Source: Bacilli bacterium (GTDB taxonomy: Bacteria; Bacillota_I; Bacilli_A; RF39; UBA660). Taken from it: a stretch of 64,000 bases of DNA. The first letter of the stretch is position 1, and each line of letters opens with the position of its first letter. Location of the stretch: positions 17,361 through 81,360 of the forward strand of contig JAZQBG010000004.1 of the NCBI GenBank assembly GCA_045545595.1. Direction: 5' to 3'. The translations under genes and the position numbers were made by a program. Positions 1-8,919 of this stretch are shown piece after piece. The notes below the pieces were generated by a model. That model was not told the origin of the DNA. It worked only from the letters and a program-made list of their open reading frames with translations, and ran no database searches.

Positions 1-150
1 GGTGGAAGAATATTATTCTTAATTATAGAAAAATTAAAGGGTAGTCCTGTTGATTCTAAAGTAGAAAATATGTTCCATTATGTTGGATTTTTCCTACTAA
101 TAGGACTAATGATTTTAGTTACATTTAATGATATATTAAGATTGTTTTAA
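1..150 (+). CDS. 3' end of a CDS entering from upstream; hydrophobic C-terminus of an unidentified membrane protein (partial)
   Basis: Frame 1 is open from base 1 to TAA 148-150 (...VGFFLLIGLMILVTFNDILRLF*). Too short for a family call. Confidence 0.3.
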   Translation, partial: GGRILFLIIEKLKGSPVDSKVENMFHYVGFFLLIGLMILVTFNDILRLF

Positions 151-169
151 ATAGGAAAGGGGTAGTAAA

Positions 170-532
170 ATGGATGGAATGAATACACGTGATAAAATTA
201 ATCAATTATTAAAAATATGTCCTAATTATGAAAAAATTAATTCATATGAATTTTTTGAAGGAGATACGTTTTCGGAGACAATGATTAATTTCTATATTAA
301 ATTAATTGACAATATAGATATGAATAGTAAGGAAGAAACTGAATTTCTAAGTAATTTAGATATGGCTTTATCTAAATATGTAGATAATTATAAATTTAGA
401 AAGTTTTTAAAAACTAAATTAGTGGAAATAGATAACAAAGAAAAATATTATACATATAAAATAACAGTTAAATTAATAGAGTACTCTAATACATTTGATG
501 GTACAGAAATAGAAAGCACTAGATGGATCTAG
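170..532 (+). CDS. hypothetical protein (120 aa)
   Basis: ORF preceded by AGGGGTAG-type SD. No recognisable motif. Confidence 0.4.
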   Translation: MDGMNTRDKINQLLKICPNYEKINSYEFFEGDTFSETMINFYIKLIDNIDMNSKEETEFLSNLDMALSKYVDNYKFRKFLKTKLVEIDNKEKYYTYKITVKLIEYSNTFDGTEIESTRWI

Positions 533-536
533 TGCT

Positions 537-1667
537 TTAATTATTATCTAAAAACATTGCATGATATTCATCAAAAGTTATATTGTGCTCATATATGTAT
601 GTGGCTACATTAGTACCAACATATCTTAAATGCCACGATTCATAATTATAACCTGTTATTGCTTCTTTATCTTCTTGATACCTTATTATAAAACCATATG
701 TATGTGCGTTTTGTTTAACCCATTTATACTCTTCAGTATTTTCGAATAGTGTATAGGCAGACAATCCACCTCTAACATCAACTGCAAGTCCTGTTTCATG
801 TTCTGAATGCCTAGGTCTAGCAGAGTAGTCTTCTGCATATTGTAGTCCCTTAGTATTTACGTAATCATTGTATAATTTTTGTTGATAATCTTTAGTACGA
901 TAAGTTGATACAGCTTTAATAATTAAATTGATACTTTTCGCATCACTACACATTTCTTCAAATGCATTCTTTGCTGTTTTATTTAAATACATATCCGCAA
1001 CTGTAAATTTGCTGTCTATCTGTTCTAAATCTTTTGCTTCATAATCATCTGGCAACTTATTATATTTATTTACTAACACAAGTAAGTCATCAGGATTTTC
1101 TATGGTTTTAGGATTATCATAAAACTCTTTATCTAAATCCATATTAACTTTTAAAATAATATCTTTGTATGATAAATCAGTATTTTCTTCTTTATTTTTA
1201 TAATTTATATATCTGTCTAAGTTTTCAGCCTTAAATATTTTGTAATCTAAATAACTCTTTAGATTGTCTATATAAGTATAATTAGTTAAAAAATCAATTT
1301 CTTCATCTTCTAACTTCTCATAAATTTTACCAATTTCACTTTTGTTATATCCTAAGTCGGCTAATGAATTTATTTGTTTAGTTATGTTTTCGCTATTATT
1401 ATATTTAACGCTTAAATAAATATCCAAATTATCTTTGTCAAATTCTTCTGTTGCAACCGCAACATCTAATGTTTTAGAATAACCATTTTTCAATACTTCA
1501 TCTTCAATATTATTCTTTTTTATAGCTTTTATTGCAGTTTTAGAATATTCTAATCTTGATAATTTTGTTGATGAAGAATTAAACCATCCAACAAATAATA
1601 TTGTTAATACAACCAACATTAAAACTAGTATTCGTTTCTTTTTTAATCTTCTTCTTTTTATTGTCAT
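537..1667 (-). CDS. VanY/M15B-family D-alanyl-D-alanine carboxypeptidase, membrane anchored
   Basis: N-terminal TM (ILVLMLVVLTILFVGWF). Zn-peptidase motifs SEHETGLAVD and ESWHLRYVG are typical of the VanY/M15B family. Confidence 0.8.
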   Translation of the reverse strand: MTIKRRRLKKKRILVLMLVVLTILFVGWFNSSSTKLSRLEYSKTAIKAIKKNNIEDEVLKNGYSKTLDVAVATEEFDKDNLDIYLSVKYNNSENITKQINSLADLGYNKSEIGKIYEKLEDEEIDFLTNYTYIDNLKSYLDYKIFKAENLDRYINYKNKEENTDLSYKDIILKVNMDLDKEFYDNPKTIENPDDLLVLVNKYNKLPDDYEAKDLEQIDSKFTVADMYLNKTAKNAFEEMCSDAKSINLIIKAVSTYRTKDYQQKLYNDYVNTKGLQYAEDYSARPRHSEHETGLAVDVRGGLSAYTLFENTEEYKWVKQNAHTYGFIIRYQEDKEAITGYNYESWHLRYVGTNVATYIYEHNITFDEYHAMFLDNN

Positions 1668-1753
1668 ATCATCACCACATTCATTATAAAATAATTTTAT
1701 TCAATTTACAACTAATTTAAACTATGATAAAATTATATTAGGAAGGTGGTATC

Positions 1754-2263
1754 ATGAAAGAGAGAAAAATACCTACAAAAAATTATGTTATTTATGGAAT
1801 TATTGTTGTTGTAACTTTAGTTGCGGTGTTTTATATGAATGAGTGGTATAAAGCATATAAAGAATCAATATTAGAGAATTCTTATATTTCTGAATATGTT
1901 ACCGAAATCAACTACAGTGAGTTTGAAAATTATATTCAAGAAAACCCTAGTGCTATTATCTATATTAGTAAAACTAATTCAGAAGCTAGTATAAAAATTG
2001 AAAAAGATTTATACAAAATAATCAAAGCTAATGAATTAACTGATGAAATAGTTTTCTTAAATTTAACTGATAATGAAAACGTTTTAAGTGACATAGAAAA
2101 TAAATATTTTAGCACAATATTATCAACTGATTTAAATAGAGTACCTGCTATTGTGATATTTGATAATATGAAAATTGTAGATGTTCTAGTAAGTGATGAA
2201 GAAGAAAAAATTTCAAGATCAGATATTTTAAAACTATTAGAAGGGCAAGAATATATAAAATGA
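1754..2263 (+). CDS. membrane-anchored thioredoxin-fold-like protein lacking CxxC (hypothetical)
   Basis: N-terminal TM (YVIYGIIVVVTLVAVFYM). Size and pattern are like the neighbouring Trx-like lipoprotein, but there are no cysteines. ATGA overlap with the next gene. Confidence 0.35.
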   Translation: MKERKIPTKNYVIYGIIVVVTLVAVFYMNEWYKAYKESILENSYISEYVTEINYSEFENYIQENPSAIIYISKTNSEASIKIEKDLYKIIKANELTDEIVFLNLTDNENVLSDIENKYFSTILSTDLNRVPAIVIFDNMKIVDVLVSDEEEKISRSDILKLLEGQEYIK

Positions 2264-2769
2264 TAAATGTTGTATTATATGAACCAGAAATACCAATGAA
2301 CACTGGTAATATTATGAGAACTTGTGCAGGAACAGATGTTAAATTACACTTAATTAAACCACTTGGATTTTCATTGGATGAGAAAAGTGTTAAAAGAAGT
2401 GGTGCAAATTATATAGACCAATGTAATTATACTGTTTATGAAAATTTTGACGATTTTATTTCTAAAAACAACGGTACTTATTACTTTTTAACTAGATATG
2501 GTAATAAAAGTTATACTGAATTTAACTATTCAAATAAGGATGAAAATATTTATTTTATATTTGGTAAAGAAAGCACAGGAATTCCTCTAGAAATATTAAA
2601 ACCTTACTTTGATACTTGTTTAAGAATTCCTACTAATAATAAAATACGTGCTTTAAATGTTTCTAATGCAGTGGCTATAGTAGTATTTGAAGCATTAAGA
2701 CAACAAGAGTTCGATGGATTAGATTTTTATGATACCTTTAAAGGCAAAAATCATATCTTAGAAGATTAA
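2260..2769 (+). CDS. trmL: tRNA (cytidine/uridine-2'-O)-methyltransferase TrmL (SpoU/TrmH family)
   Basis: N-terminus VVLYEPEIPMNTGNIMRTCAG, plus FGKESTGIP and IPT...RALNVSNAVAIVVFEALRQ. These are typical TrmL/YibK motifs, and the 169-aa length fits. Confidence 0.85.
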   Translation: MINVVLYEPEIPMNTGNIMRTCAGTDVKLHLIKPLGFSLDEKSVKRSGANYIDQCNYTVYENFDDFISKNNGTYYFLTRYGNKSYTEFNYSNKDENIYFIFGKESTGIPLEILKPYFDTCLRIPTNNKIRALNVSNAVAIVVFEALRQQEFDGLDFYDTFKGKNHILED

Positions 2770-2793
2770 CACATTTTTTAATGTGTTTTTTTT
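2768..2793 (+). terminator. intrinsic terminator after trmL
   Basis: Stem AACACATT/AATGTGTT followed by a T-run. Confidence 0.7.
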
Positions 2794-2852
2794 AATTTTG
2801 ACAATAGTGTTGTCCAAACAAAAAAACACCTAACATAAGTTAAGCGTTTATA

Positions 2853-3266
2853 TTACTTAATATAATCATTAGCTTTCAATCTAGTTATTATTTTTTCTTT
2901 ACTAACATTACCATTAATTCTATTGAACCCAGATTCTTCTTCGCCATTAGTAATGAATACAACAGTAGGAGTACCAGTAATATTTACTACTTTATTAAAA
3001 TACTTTTTATCTTCATCACTAAGCTCATCAAGGTCTATGTAGTATGTATCAGAAATATTATTTTCTTCTATAACACTCTCAAATTTGGGTCCAAACTCAA
3101 TACAGTTACTACAAGAAGCACTTCCAATATAAAGAATAAAACTTTCTTTTTCTTTAATTAAATTGTTAAACTCCTTATAGTTAATTTCTTCAACACCCGT
3201 ACTAGAACACCCACATGCAATAAACATAACAATAAAAACAGCTAACTTTTTTAAAAACTTTTTCAT
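2853..3266 (-). CDS. thioredoxin-family lipoprotein (extracytoplasmic thiol-disulfide oxidoreductase-like)
   Basis: Lipobox FIACGC, CxxC motif SCSNC, and a Trx-fold pattern (GTPTVVF). Confidence 0.7.
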   Translation of the reverse strand: MKKFLKKLAVFIVMFIACGCSSTGVEEINYKEFNNLIKEKESFILYIGSASCSNCIEFGPKFESVIEENNISDTYYIDLDELSDEDKKYFNKVVNITGTPTVVFITNGEEESGFNRINGNVSKEKIITRLKANDYIK

Positions 3267-3344
3267 TAATAATCACCAATAAAAATATATCACTTTTTGT
3301 TATAAATGACAATAATTAATATTATACAAAATTTATATTTTATA

Positions 3345-3373
3345 TAGAAACTTAAAAACAAATGTGCTATAAT
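3345..3373 (+). promoter_or_regulatory. sigmaA-type promoter with extended -10 (TGcTATAAT) ahead of the Tad-like module
   Basis: TAGAAA-17 bp-TATAAT with TG at -15/-14. The 17-mer TGTGCTATAATATTAAT recurs at 17291. Confidence 0.55.
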
Positions 3374-3400
3374 ATTAATATTAAGATAGGAGGAGTTAGT

Positions 3401-4288
3401 GTGAACAATTTTGGTGATACTTTAAAAAGAATTCTGACAAATAAAAATACTGTAACAATAATAGGGGTTTTAGTTGGGATAGCAGTTTTATATTTCGGAT
3501 ATACTTGGAGAATTAATCAACAAGTAGAACAAATAACAGTTTTAGCCGCTAAACAAGATATTCAACCAAGAACAAAAATTACTAGTGATATGGTTGAAAC
3601 AGTAAGTATAGCACGTGTTATGTATGATAAAATGATTGGAGATTATGGAGAGGGTGTTTCTGTATTAAGAAGTACGGCAGAACTTAGTACATTTACAGAC
3701 GGAGCATATTCTAATATAAATACATTGATTCCAGCGGGGACTCCACTTATAAGAAACACTAATGTTGTAGAAAGAAGTAAAATTCCTTCATCTGTATTAT
3801 TAAAAATTGATAAAGGACAAGTTCCTTATGCTTTCTCAATTAATTATAGTGACACATATGGTAATGCAATAATGGATGGTATGTATGTAAACATATATAT
3901 GAAAGCAGTAGATGATACAGGTAAAACTATGATTGGTAAATTATTACAAGATGTAAAAGTACTTGCAGTATTAGATTCAAGTGGTAGAGATGTGTTTGAA
4001 AATACCGCAGAAAGTAGAACGCCTTCAACATTTATTTTTAGTGTTGATGAAGATTTACACTTACTTCTTAGAAAAGCTAATTATTTATCAAGAAATGCAG
4101 TTGAACTTATTCCAGTACCAGTTACTGAATCTGTAAGTGATGAAGAATATGAAGGAACAGTTGAAATAACAAGTAGTTACTTAAGAGAATTTATAGAATC
4201 AAGAACAATTGATGTTCCATTAGATGAACTTCCAGAAAACGATACCCCTGAAATAGATTTAGAAACTGAAGAAAATCCAGAAGAATAA
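3401..4288 (+). CDS. CpaB/RcpC-like Flp pilus assembly protein (SAF domain)
   Basis: GTG start 7 nt after AGGAGG. N-terminal TM. SAF-like segment VLAAKQDIQPRTKITSDMVETVSI. Lies directly upstream of the TadA-like ATPase. Confidence 0.55.
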   Translation: MNNFGDTLKRILTNKNTVTIIGVLVGIAVLYFGYTWRINQQVEQITVLAAKQDIQPRTKITSDMVETVSIARVMYDKMIGDYGEGVSVLRSTAELSTFTDGAYSNINTLIPAGTPLIRNTNVVERSKIPSSVLLKIDKGQVPYAFSINYSDTYGNAIMDGMYVNIYMKAVDDTGKTMIGKLLQDVKVLAVLDSSGRDVFENTAESRTPSTFIFSVDEDLHLLLRKANYLSRNAVELIPVPVTESVSDEEYEGTVEITSSYLREFIESRTIDVPLDELPENDTPEIDLETEENPEE

Positions 4289-4290
4289 TT

Positions 4291-5427
4291 ATGGAAGATA
4301 ATATATTTTCACATATTGACTTTGGTCCATTACAAAAATATTTAGATAATGATGATGTTACAGATATTTCGTATAGTAATGGTGGTCAATTATGGATTAA
4401 ATCTCTTTCTCAAGGTGTGTATCGTGTAGAAGAAAAAGATATTAATAATGCATTAATGGAAAAAATTGCATTCCAATGTTCAAATGCAATGGGTAAAACA
4501 TTTAACATGGCTCAACCATTTTTGGATGCTGAAGGAGAAGAACTTCGTTTAAACTTCGTTCATGAATCCATTGCCAAAAATGGCATTGCTGCTGTATTAA
4601 GAAAAACACCAGCTAAGATAAGACTTGAAAAAGAAAAATTACTAAATGAGAATTATGTAACTCTAGATATACATGACTTTTTAATTGAATGTGTACTTGG
4701 ACACTGTAATATTATTGTAAGTGGTGAAACTGGTTCAGGTAAAACAGAATTTGTTAAATATTTAGCGGCTCATACAAGAGAAAATGAAAAAATAATCACA
4801 ATTGAAGACACTCTAGAACTTCATTTAGATAGAATATTTCCACATAGAGATATAGTTGCGATGAAAACAAATAATATTGCATCATACTCTGAAGTTCTAG
4901 TAACATGTATGAGACAAAATCCTAAGTGGATACTTTTATCAGAAGTCAGAAGTGCGGAAGCAGTTATGGCAGTTCGTAACTCAATATCTTCTGGTCACAA
5001 TATTTTGTCTACAATTCATGCTGATAAAGCGGAGTCTATCCCTACTAGAATGTACAGTTTACTTGAAACTAATATTGATATAAATCAATTTCTAGCTTCA
5101 ATACATAGATATGTTCAATTAGGAGTTCACATAAGAGGTTACTATTCTAAAGAATATAAACGTTTCCAAAGAGAAATTGTTGAAGTAACTGAATTTTTTG
5201 TTGATGACGAAAATAAACCTAAACATAATACAATTTATAGAAAAACTTCTGCTGGAAAGATTACAAGAAAAAATCCTACAAAGTATTTAATTGATTATTT
5301 GGATGCACAAGGAATAGTATTATCTAAATCCGGTATAGAAGAAGAAATTGGACAAGAAAATAATATACAAGAGAAGATTCAACATATAGAAATACCTGAT
5401 GAAGAAATAGAAGAAATAATTATATAG
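4291..5427 (+). CDS. tadA: CpaF/TadA-type secretion ATPase (T2SSE/VirB11 superfamily)
   Basis: Walker A GETGSGKTE, Asp box TIEDTLEL, Walker B WILLSEVR, His box GHNILSTIHA. Confidence 0.85.
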   Translation: MEDNIFSHIDFGPLQKYLDNDDVTDISYSNGGQLWIKSLSQGVYRVEEKDINNALMEKIAFQCSNAMGKTFNMAQPFLDAEGEELRLNFVHESIAKNGIAAVLRKTPAKIRLEKEKLLNENYVTLDIHDFLIECVLGHCNIIVSGETGSGKTEFVKYLAAHTRENEKIITIEDTLELHLDRIFPHRDIVAMKTNNIASYSEVLVTCMRQNPKWILLSEVRSAEAVMAVRNSISSGHNILSTIHADKAESIPTRMYSLLETNIDINQFLASIHRYVQLGVHIRGYYSKEYKRFQREIVEVTEFFVDDENKPKHNTIYRKTSAGKITRKNPTKYLIDYLDAQGIVLSKSGIEEEIGQENNIQEKIQHIEIPDEEIEEIII

Positions 5428-5444
5428 AGTAAGGCGGTGATGAT

Positions 5445-6347
5445 ATGAATTTTATTGTCTTTTTGATAGTTACGTTTATTGCTGTATTTATTGTTGCGTA
5501 TAGAGCAAAGAAGAACGAAAATGTATATAAATTTATATCTGATCAAGTTGGCACAGTCTATGAAAAATTCGCCCCTTATTCTTATAAAGAAATAAGAAAA
5601 AAAGTAAAAGGATTAAAAGCAGATTATACACCCAGACAATATATAACACAAATAATTATGTTTGCAGGAGTTGCAGGTGTAATTTCATACCTGTATTTCT
5701 ATAGTATAATCTGGTCATTAGTTTACGCATTGATTGCGGTAAGTATTATTCCTTATATTACTTACCTAAGATATAAAAAAGTTTATAGTGAGTTTATATT
5801 TGAACAAGTTCAAGTTTATGCTACAAACGTTATTATGGAATATCAAACGACAAAATCATTTGTTAAAGCACTTGAAGGAGTTTATAAATCAGGAGTATTA
5901 GAAGATCCAGTATTAACTGATGTTAAAATAATGCTTGATATGGCTTATGAAAGAGGACAAATTGATGATTCAATTGATTTCATGAATGAAAAATACCCAT
6001 ATCATATAGTTAAAAATCTACACCAATTATTTTTACAAGTTACCAAAGAAGGTGCGAGAGATATAACAGGATCACTTGATAATATGTCACTTGATATCGA
6101 TACACTTGTTGAAGGTGTATATCGTGATAGATTAGATAGGGAACAATTCCATAAGCAATTTATCATGTATGGATTAATGTTATATTTCCTAGTTGCTATT
6201 ATACAATTACTGTTAGGACAAGATTCTTATTTAAAAATGATAGAATTATGGTACATACAATTAGTATTGCATGCAATATTAATCTTTAATAGTTATTTTC
6301 TACTTAATGGTGAAAAATATTATAACGAGAATGTAGGTGGAGAATAA
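5445..6347 (+). CDS. TadB-like polytopic platform protein (T2SSF-like)
   Basis: Topology is TM - TM pair - about 125-aa helical cytosolic domain - C-terminal TMs. Located immediately after the ATPase. Confidence 0.5.
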   Translation: MNFIVFLIVTFIAVFIVAYRAKKNENVYKFISDQVGTVYEKFAPYSYKEIRKKVKGLKADYTPRQYITQIIMFAGVAGVISYLYFYSIIWSLVYALIAVSIIPYITYLRYKKVYSEFIFEQVQVYATNVIMEYQTTKSFVKALEGVYKSGVLEDPVLTDVKIMLDMAYERGQIDDSIDFMNEKYPYHIVKNLHQLFLQVTKEGARDITGSLDNMSLDIDTLVEGVYRDRLDREQFHKQFIMYGLMLYFLVAIIQLLLGQDSYLKMIELWYIQLVLHAILIFNSYFLLNGEKYYNENVGGE

Positions 6348-7144
6348 TGTGGGAATTATTAATATTAACAGTAATAATTATTGGTATACTATCAATAAAT
6401 GGTGTAATAGATAGCAAAGGATTCTTCCAGGATAATAGTGTATATTTAAAATTATTAAAAGAAGATGACTATGACTTTTTAGTACGTGCTAAATATGGAG
6501 ATAAAGTTGATCCAGAAGTATTATTTACAAAAAGAATAAAAAATGCTGCATTAATATTTGGTGTAATGATGATTTTATTCTTAACGGTTGAAGGAATCAA
6601 TACTTTTCTTAAAATTCTAATTTGTGTTGGAATAGCTATATTTATATTTAAATCGGGTTACTCAAACCTTAGAAGTTATTATAAAAAACATTTGCATGAT
6701 ATCGATTTATTACTTCCTTATTATTTAAAATCATTGGAAGTATTAGTTCAATACTATACAGTTCCTGTAGCAATTCAAAGATCAATAGATGAGGCTCCTG
6801 ATATATTTAAGCCAGGACTAAGGAATTTAACTAAGAAAATTGAACAAGGTGATTCTTCAATAGATCCATATATGGATTTTGCTAAAGAATATCCTGTTAG
6901 AGATTCTATGAGAATGATGAGATTACTTTATCGTCTTGGCTTAGGTTTACAAGAAAATAAAGAAGAACAATTATTACTACTTTCTAAAACAGTATCTAGT
7001 TTACAAAATAAAGCTAGAGAACAAAAATATAAAGAAAGATTAGAAAAAATGCAAAACAAAACTATGATAATGCTAGGTGTAACTGGAGCTGGTGTAATAG
7101 TATTGTTATTAGTATCAATGTTAATGCTTATGACAAATCTTTAA
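6347..7144 (+). CDS. TadC-like polytopic platform protein (T2SSF-like)
   Basis: Same topology as the previous ORF. ATGT overlap coupling. Segment DFAKEYPVRDSMRMMRLL resembles a T2SSF domain. Confidence 0.5.
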   Translation: MWELLILTVIIIGILSINGVIDSKGFFQDNSVYLKLLKEDDYDFLVRAKYGDKVDPEVLFTKRIKNAALIFGVMMILFLTVEGINTFLKILICVGIAIFIFKSGYSNLRSYYKKHLHDIDLLLPYYLKSLEVLVQYYTVPVAIQRSIDEAPDIFKPGLRNLTKKIEQGDSSIDPYMDFAKEYPVRDSMRMMRLLYRLGLGLQENKEEQLLLLSKTVSSLQNKAREQKYKERLEKMQNKTMIMLGVTGAGVIVLLLVSMLMLMTNL

Positions 7145-7160
7145 AATACAAAATAAATTA

Positions 7161-7189
7161 TTGAATAAAAAATATAAATAATATATAAT
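7161..7189 (+). promoter_or_regulatory. consensus-like promoter dedicated to the pilin gene
   Basis: TTGAAT-17 bp-TATAAT. AAGGAGG SD follows at 7211-7217. Confidence 0.6.
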
Positions 7190-7226
7190 GAAATTGTTAA
7201 ATATAAAAATAAGGAGGAAGATATAA

Positions 7227-7439
7227 ATGAAAGAAGCTACTGGAGAATTAAATATGACTGTTGTTACTGTTATAGCAATAGCTGCAATTGCTGGATTATT
7301 TTATGCATTTGTGTGGCCTATGATTCAGTCAGGTATAAAAAATAACACTTGTGCAACATTTGGTGAAGGATATACATATTCTGAAACAAATGGTACTAAT
7401 TGTGTATCATCAGGTGACGGGTTCTGTTGTGCACCATAA
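7227..7439 (+). CDS. small Flp/Tad-type pilin candidate (70 aa) with Cys-rich C-terminus
   Basis: Short charged leader MKEATG followed by a hydrophobic helix (ELNMTVVTVIAIAAIAGLFYAFVW). Four Cys in the tail. Has its own promoter and terminator. Confidence 0.5.
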   Translation: MKEATGELNMTVVTVIAIAAIAGLFYAFVWPMIQSGIKNNTCATFGEGYTYSETNGTNCVSSGDGFCCAP

Positions 7440-7455
7440 TAATCTTTAATACTCA

Positions 7456-7482
7456 AACTTATCAAATTTGATAAGTTTTTTT
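7456..7482 (+). terminator. intrinsic terminator after the pilin gene
   Basis: Perfect 9-bp stem AACTTATCA/TGATAAGTT, 4-nt loop, T5 run. Confidence 0.8.
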
Positions 7483-7485
7483 ATT

Positions 7486-7548
7486 TTATCCACAAAATTG
7501 TTGATAAATAAAGTCTTTTGTTAAAGTTTTGTTGATATTATTAGTGAT
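7486..7548 (+). repeat. cassette-boundary composite repeat R1 (22-bp dyad + 41-bp constant block)
   Basis: TTATCCACAAAATTGTTGATAA, then ATAAAGTCTTTTGTTAAAGTTTTGTTGATATTATTAGTGAT. Similarity to R5 continues about 50 bp into the DUF1016 coding start. Confidence 0.9.
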
Positions 7549-7567
7549 AGTAATGGAGATGAAACTT

Positions 7568-8572
7568 ATGATAGAAAAAGATTTTAAAAATGTAATTACT
7601 GAGGTAAAAAAGCAAATTAGTAATACTAAAATAGAGATATTTCAAAATGCTAATATGAGCTTGTTGAAATTATATTATAATATTGGAAAGATTATTTATG
7701 ATAATTCAGAATGGGGAAATAAATTTATTGATGAACTTGCAGTTGAATTAAAAATATCGTTCCCAAATATCAAAGGATTTTCGGTTAGAAATCTTAAAAG
7801 TATGAAAAAATACTATTTGATTTGTAGTAGGAACGAAAAAGTGCAGACAGCATCTGCACTAATTCCATGGTCTCATAATATGCTTATTTTAGATAAAATA
7901 AAGGATGATAATAAAAGAATATGGTATATGAATGAAACTGCTATTAATGGTTGGAGTTATGATGTTCTTGGATTTCAAATAAAAAGTGATTTATATTCAA
8001 GACAAGTACTAGGAGATAAACCGAACAATTTTAAAACGACGTTAATAAATCCGCAAAGTGATTTAGCGAAAAATATGATGAAAGATCCATATATATTAAA
8101 TTTAACTGAATTAAATGAAGGTTATATTGAAATAGAGTTAGAGTTAGCTATGGTTGAAAAGATAAAAACAGTTTTATTAGAATTAGGTAATGGTTTTAGT
8201 TTTATTGGAAATCAATATAAAATAGAGGTTGGTAATAAAGATTATTATATAGATATGCTCTTTTATCATACAAAGTTACATTGTTATATTGTTGTTGAAT
8301 TAAAGAACACCGAATTTAAACCAGAATATGCAGGAAAGGTTAATTTTTATTTATCGGCGATTGATGCTTCATTAAAAGATGAAAATGATAATCCTAGTAT
8401 TGGTATTATATTATGTAGAGACAAAGATAAAATTTCAGTAGAATATTCACTTATGGATATAAGTAAACCGATAGGAGTAAGTTCATATGAATTATCAAAA
8501 TATTTGCCATCAGACATAATAAAAGAACTACCCACAGAAGAAGACTTAAATTTCCACGTGAATATTGAATAG
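7568..8572 (+). CDS. YhcG/DUF1016-family PD-(D/E)XK nuclease, paralogue 1 (intact)
   Basis: ATG 9 nt after GGAG. The longer TTG-start version is repeat sequence, not coding. Motifs IPWSHN, GWSYDVL, GNGFSFIGNQY and D...VVELK (D/ExK). Confidence 0.8.
   Translation: MIEKDFKNVITEVKKQISNTKIEIFQNANMSLLKLYYNIGKIIYDNSEWGNKFIDELAVELKISFPNIKGFSVRNLKSMKKYYLICSRNEKVQTASALIPWSHNMLILDKIKDDNKRIWYMNETAINGWSYDVLGFQIKSDLYSRQVLGDKPNNFKTTLINPQSDLAKNMMKDPYILNLTELNEGYIEIELELAMVEKIKTVLLELGNGFSFIGNQYKIEVGNKDYYIDMLFYHTKLHCYIVVELKNTEFKPEYAGKVNFYLSAIDASLKDENDNPSIGIILCRDKDKISVEYSLMDISKPIGVSSYELSKYLPSDIIKELPTEEDLNFHVNIE
7840..7860. repeat. intragenic hairpin in DUF1016 paralogue 1
   Basis: AGTGCAGA-cagca-TCTGCACT, an 8-bp stem ending 7 nt before the conserved Trp codon. 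Confidence 0.85.
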
Positions 8573-8604
8573 ATTAATTTAAAATATTTTTAGCCTAAAT
8601 GTAA

Positions 8605-8649
8605 ATAAATAAAGTCTTTTGTTAAAATTTTGTTGATATTATTAGTGAT
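8605..8649 (+). repeat. cassette-boundary repeat R2 (constant block intact, dyad degenerate)
   Basis: ATAAATAAAGTCTTTTGTTAAAATTTTGTTGATATTATTAGTGAT. The upstream dyad is reduced to TTAGCCTAAATGTAAATAA. Confidence 0.85.
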
Positions 8650-8683
8650 GATGTTTTTAATAATATGTGTTGGATTAAATTTA

Positions 8684-8712
8684 TTGTCATTAATATATTT
8701 TTATGCTATAGT
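8684..8712 (+). promoter_or_regulatory. cassette-internal promoter (extended -10)
   Basis: TTGTCA-17 bp-TATAGT with TGc upstream. The block TTTTTATGCTATAGTTTATGAGTGAGGTG is shared with the 9531-9557 leader. Confidence 0.55.
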
Positions 8713-8714
8713 TT

Positions 8715-8915
8715 ATGAGTGAGGTGAGGACTTTGAATAAAAGTTTTAAATTATATCTAAATCAAAATAGTAATAATATAGGCAAAATTAAAAATAATAT
8801 AAAAAAATTACATACAATCGATAAGGATCTTATACCACAATATTTAGATAGTCTTAAAGAAAATTTAAAAATTAAAGAGGTAAGTAAAAATAACGAATAT
8901 TTAAAATATATGTAA
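8715..8915 (+). CDS. small hypothetical protein (about 60-66 aa), first gene of a two-gene cassette
   Basis: ORF follows SD GAGGTGAGGA. The start could be ATG 8715 or the in-frame TTG 8733. Lys/Asn-rich. Confidence 0.4.
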   Translation: MSEVRTLNKSFKLYLNQNSNNIGKIKNNIKKLHTIDKDLIPQYLDSLKENLKIKEVSKNNEYLKYM

Positions 8916-8919
8916 ATTT

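Noticed and set aside
3362-3400. Shared peptide prefix MCYNIN at ORFs 3362 and 17290, as evidence of homologous proteins
   Set aside because: The prefix is the translation of the promoter core TGTG(C/T)TATAATATTAAT. Real starts with good SDs lie 39 nt downstream in both cases.
4291-5427. Calling the secretion ATPase VirB11 of the downstream T4SS instead of TadA/CpaF
   Set aside because: It is embedded between a CpaB-like gene and two TadB/C-like platform genes plus a pilin. It is separated from the VirB4 module by about 12 kb (about 4 kb without the insertion). The alternative is kept as a refutation criterion in the supercluster finding.
7529-7567. N-terminal extension MLILLVIVMEMKL of DUF1016 paralogues 1 and 4, and the similar short hydrophobic ORFs starting at the TTG in each repeat (for example 8630-8720)
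   Set aside because: These codons are the constant repeat block itself (TTGTTGATATTATTAGTGAT...) read in frame. No SD precedes the TTG, whereas a GGAG lies 9 nt before the internal ATG. The R3 and R4 versions stop after 4-9 codons.
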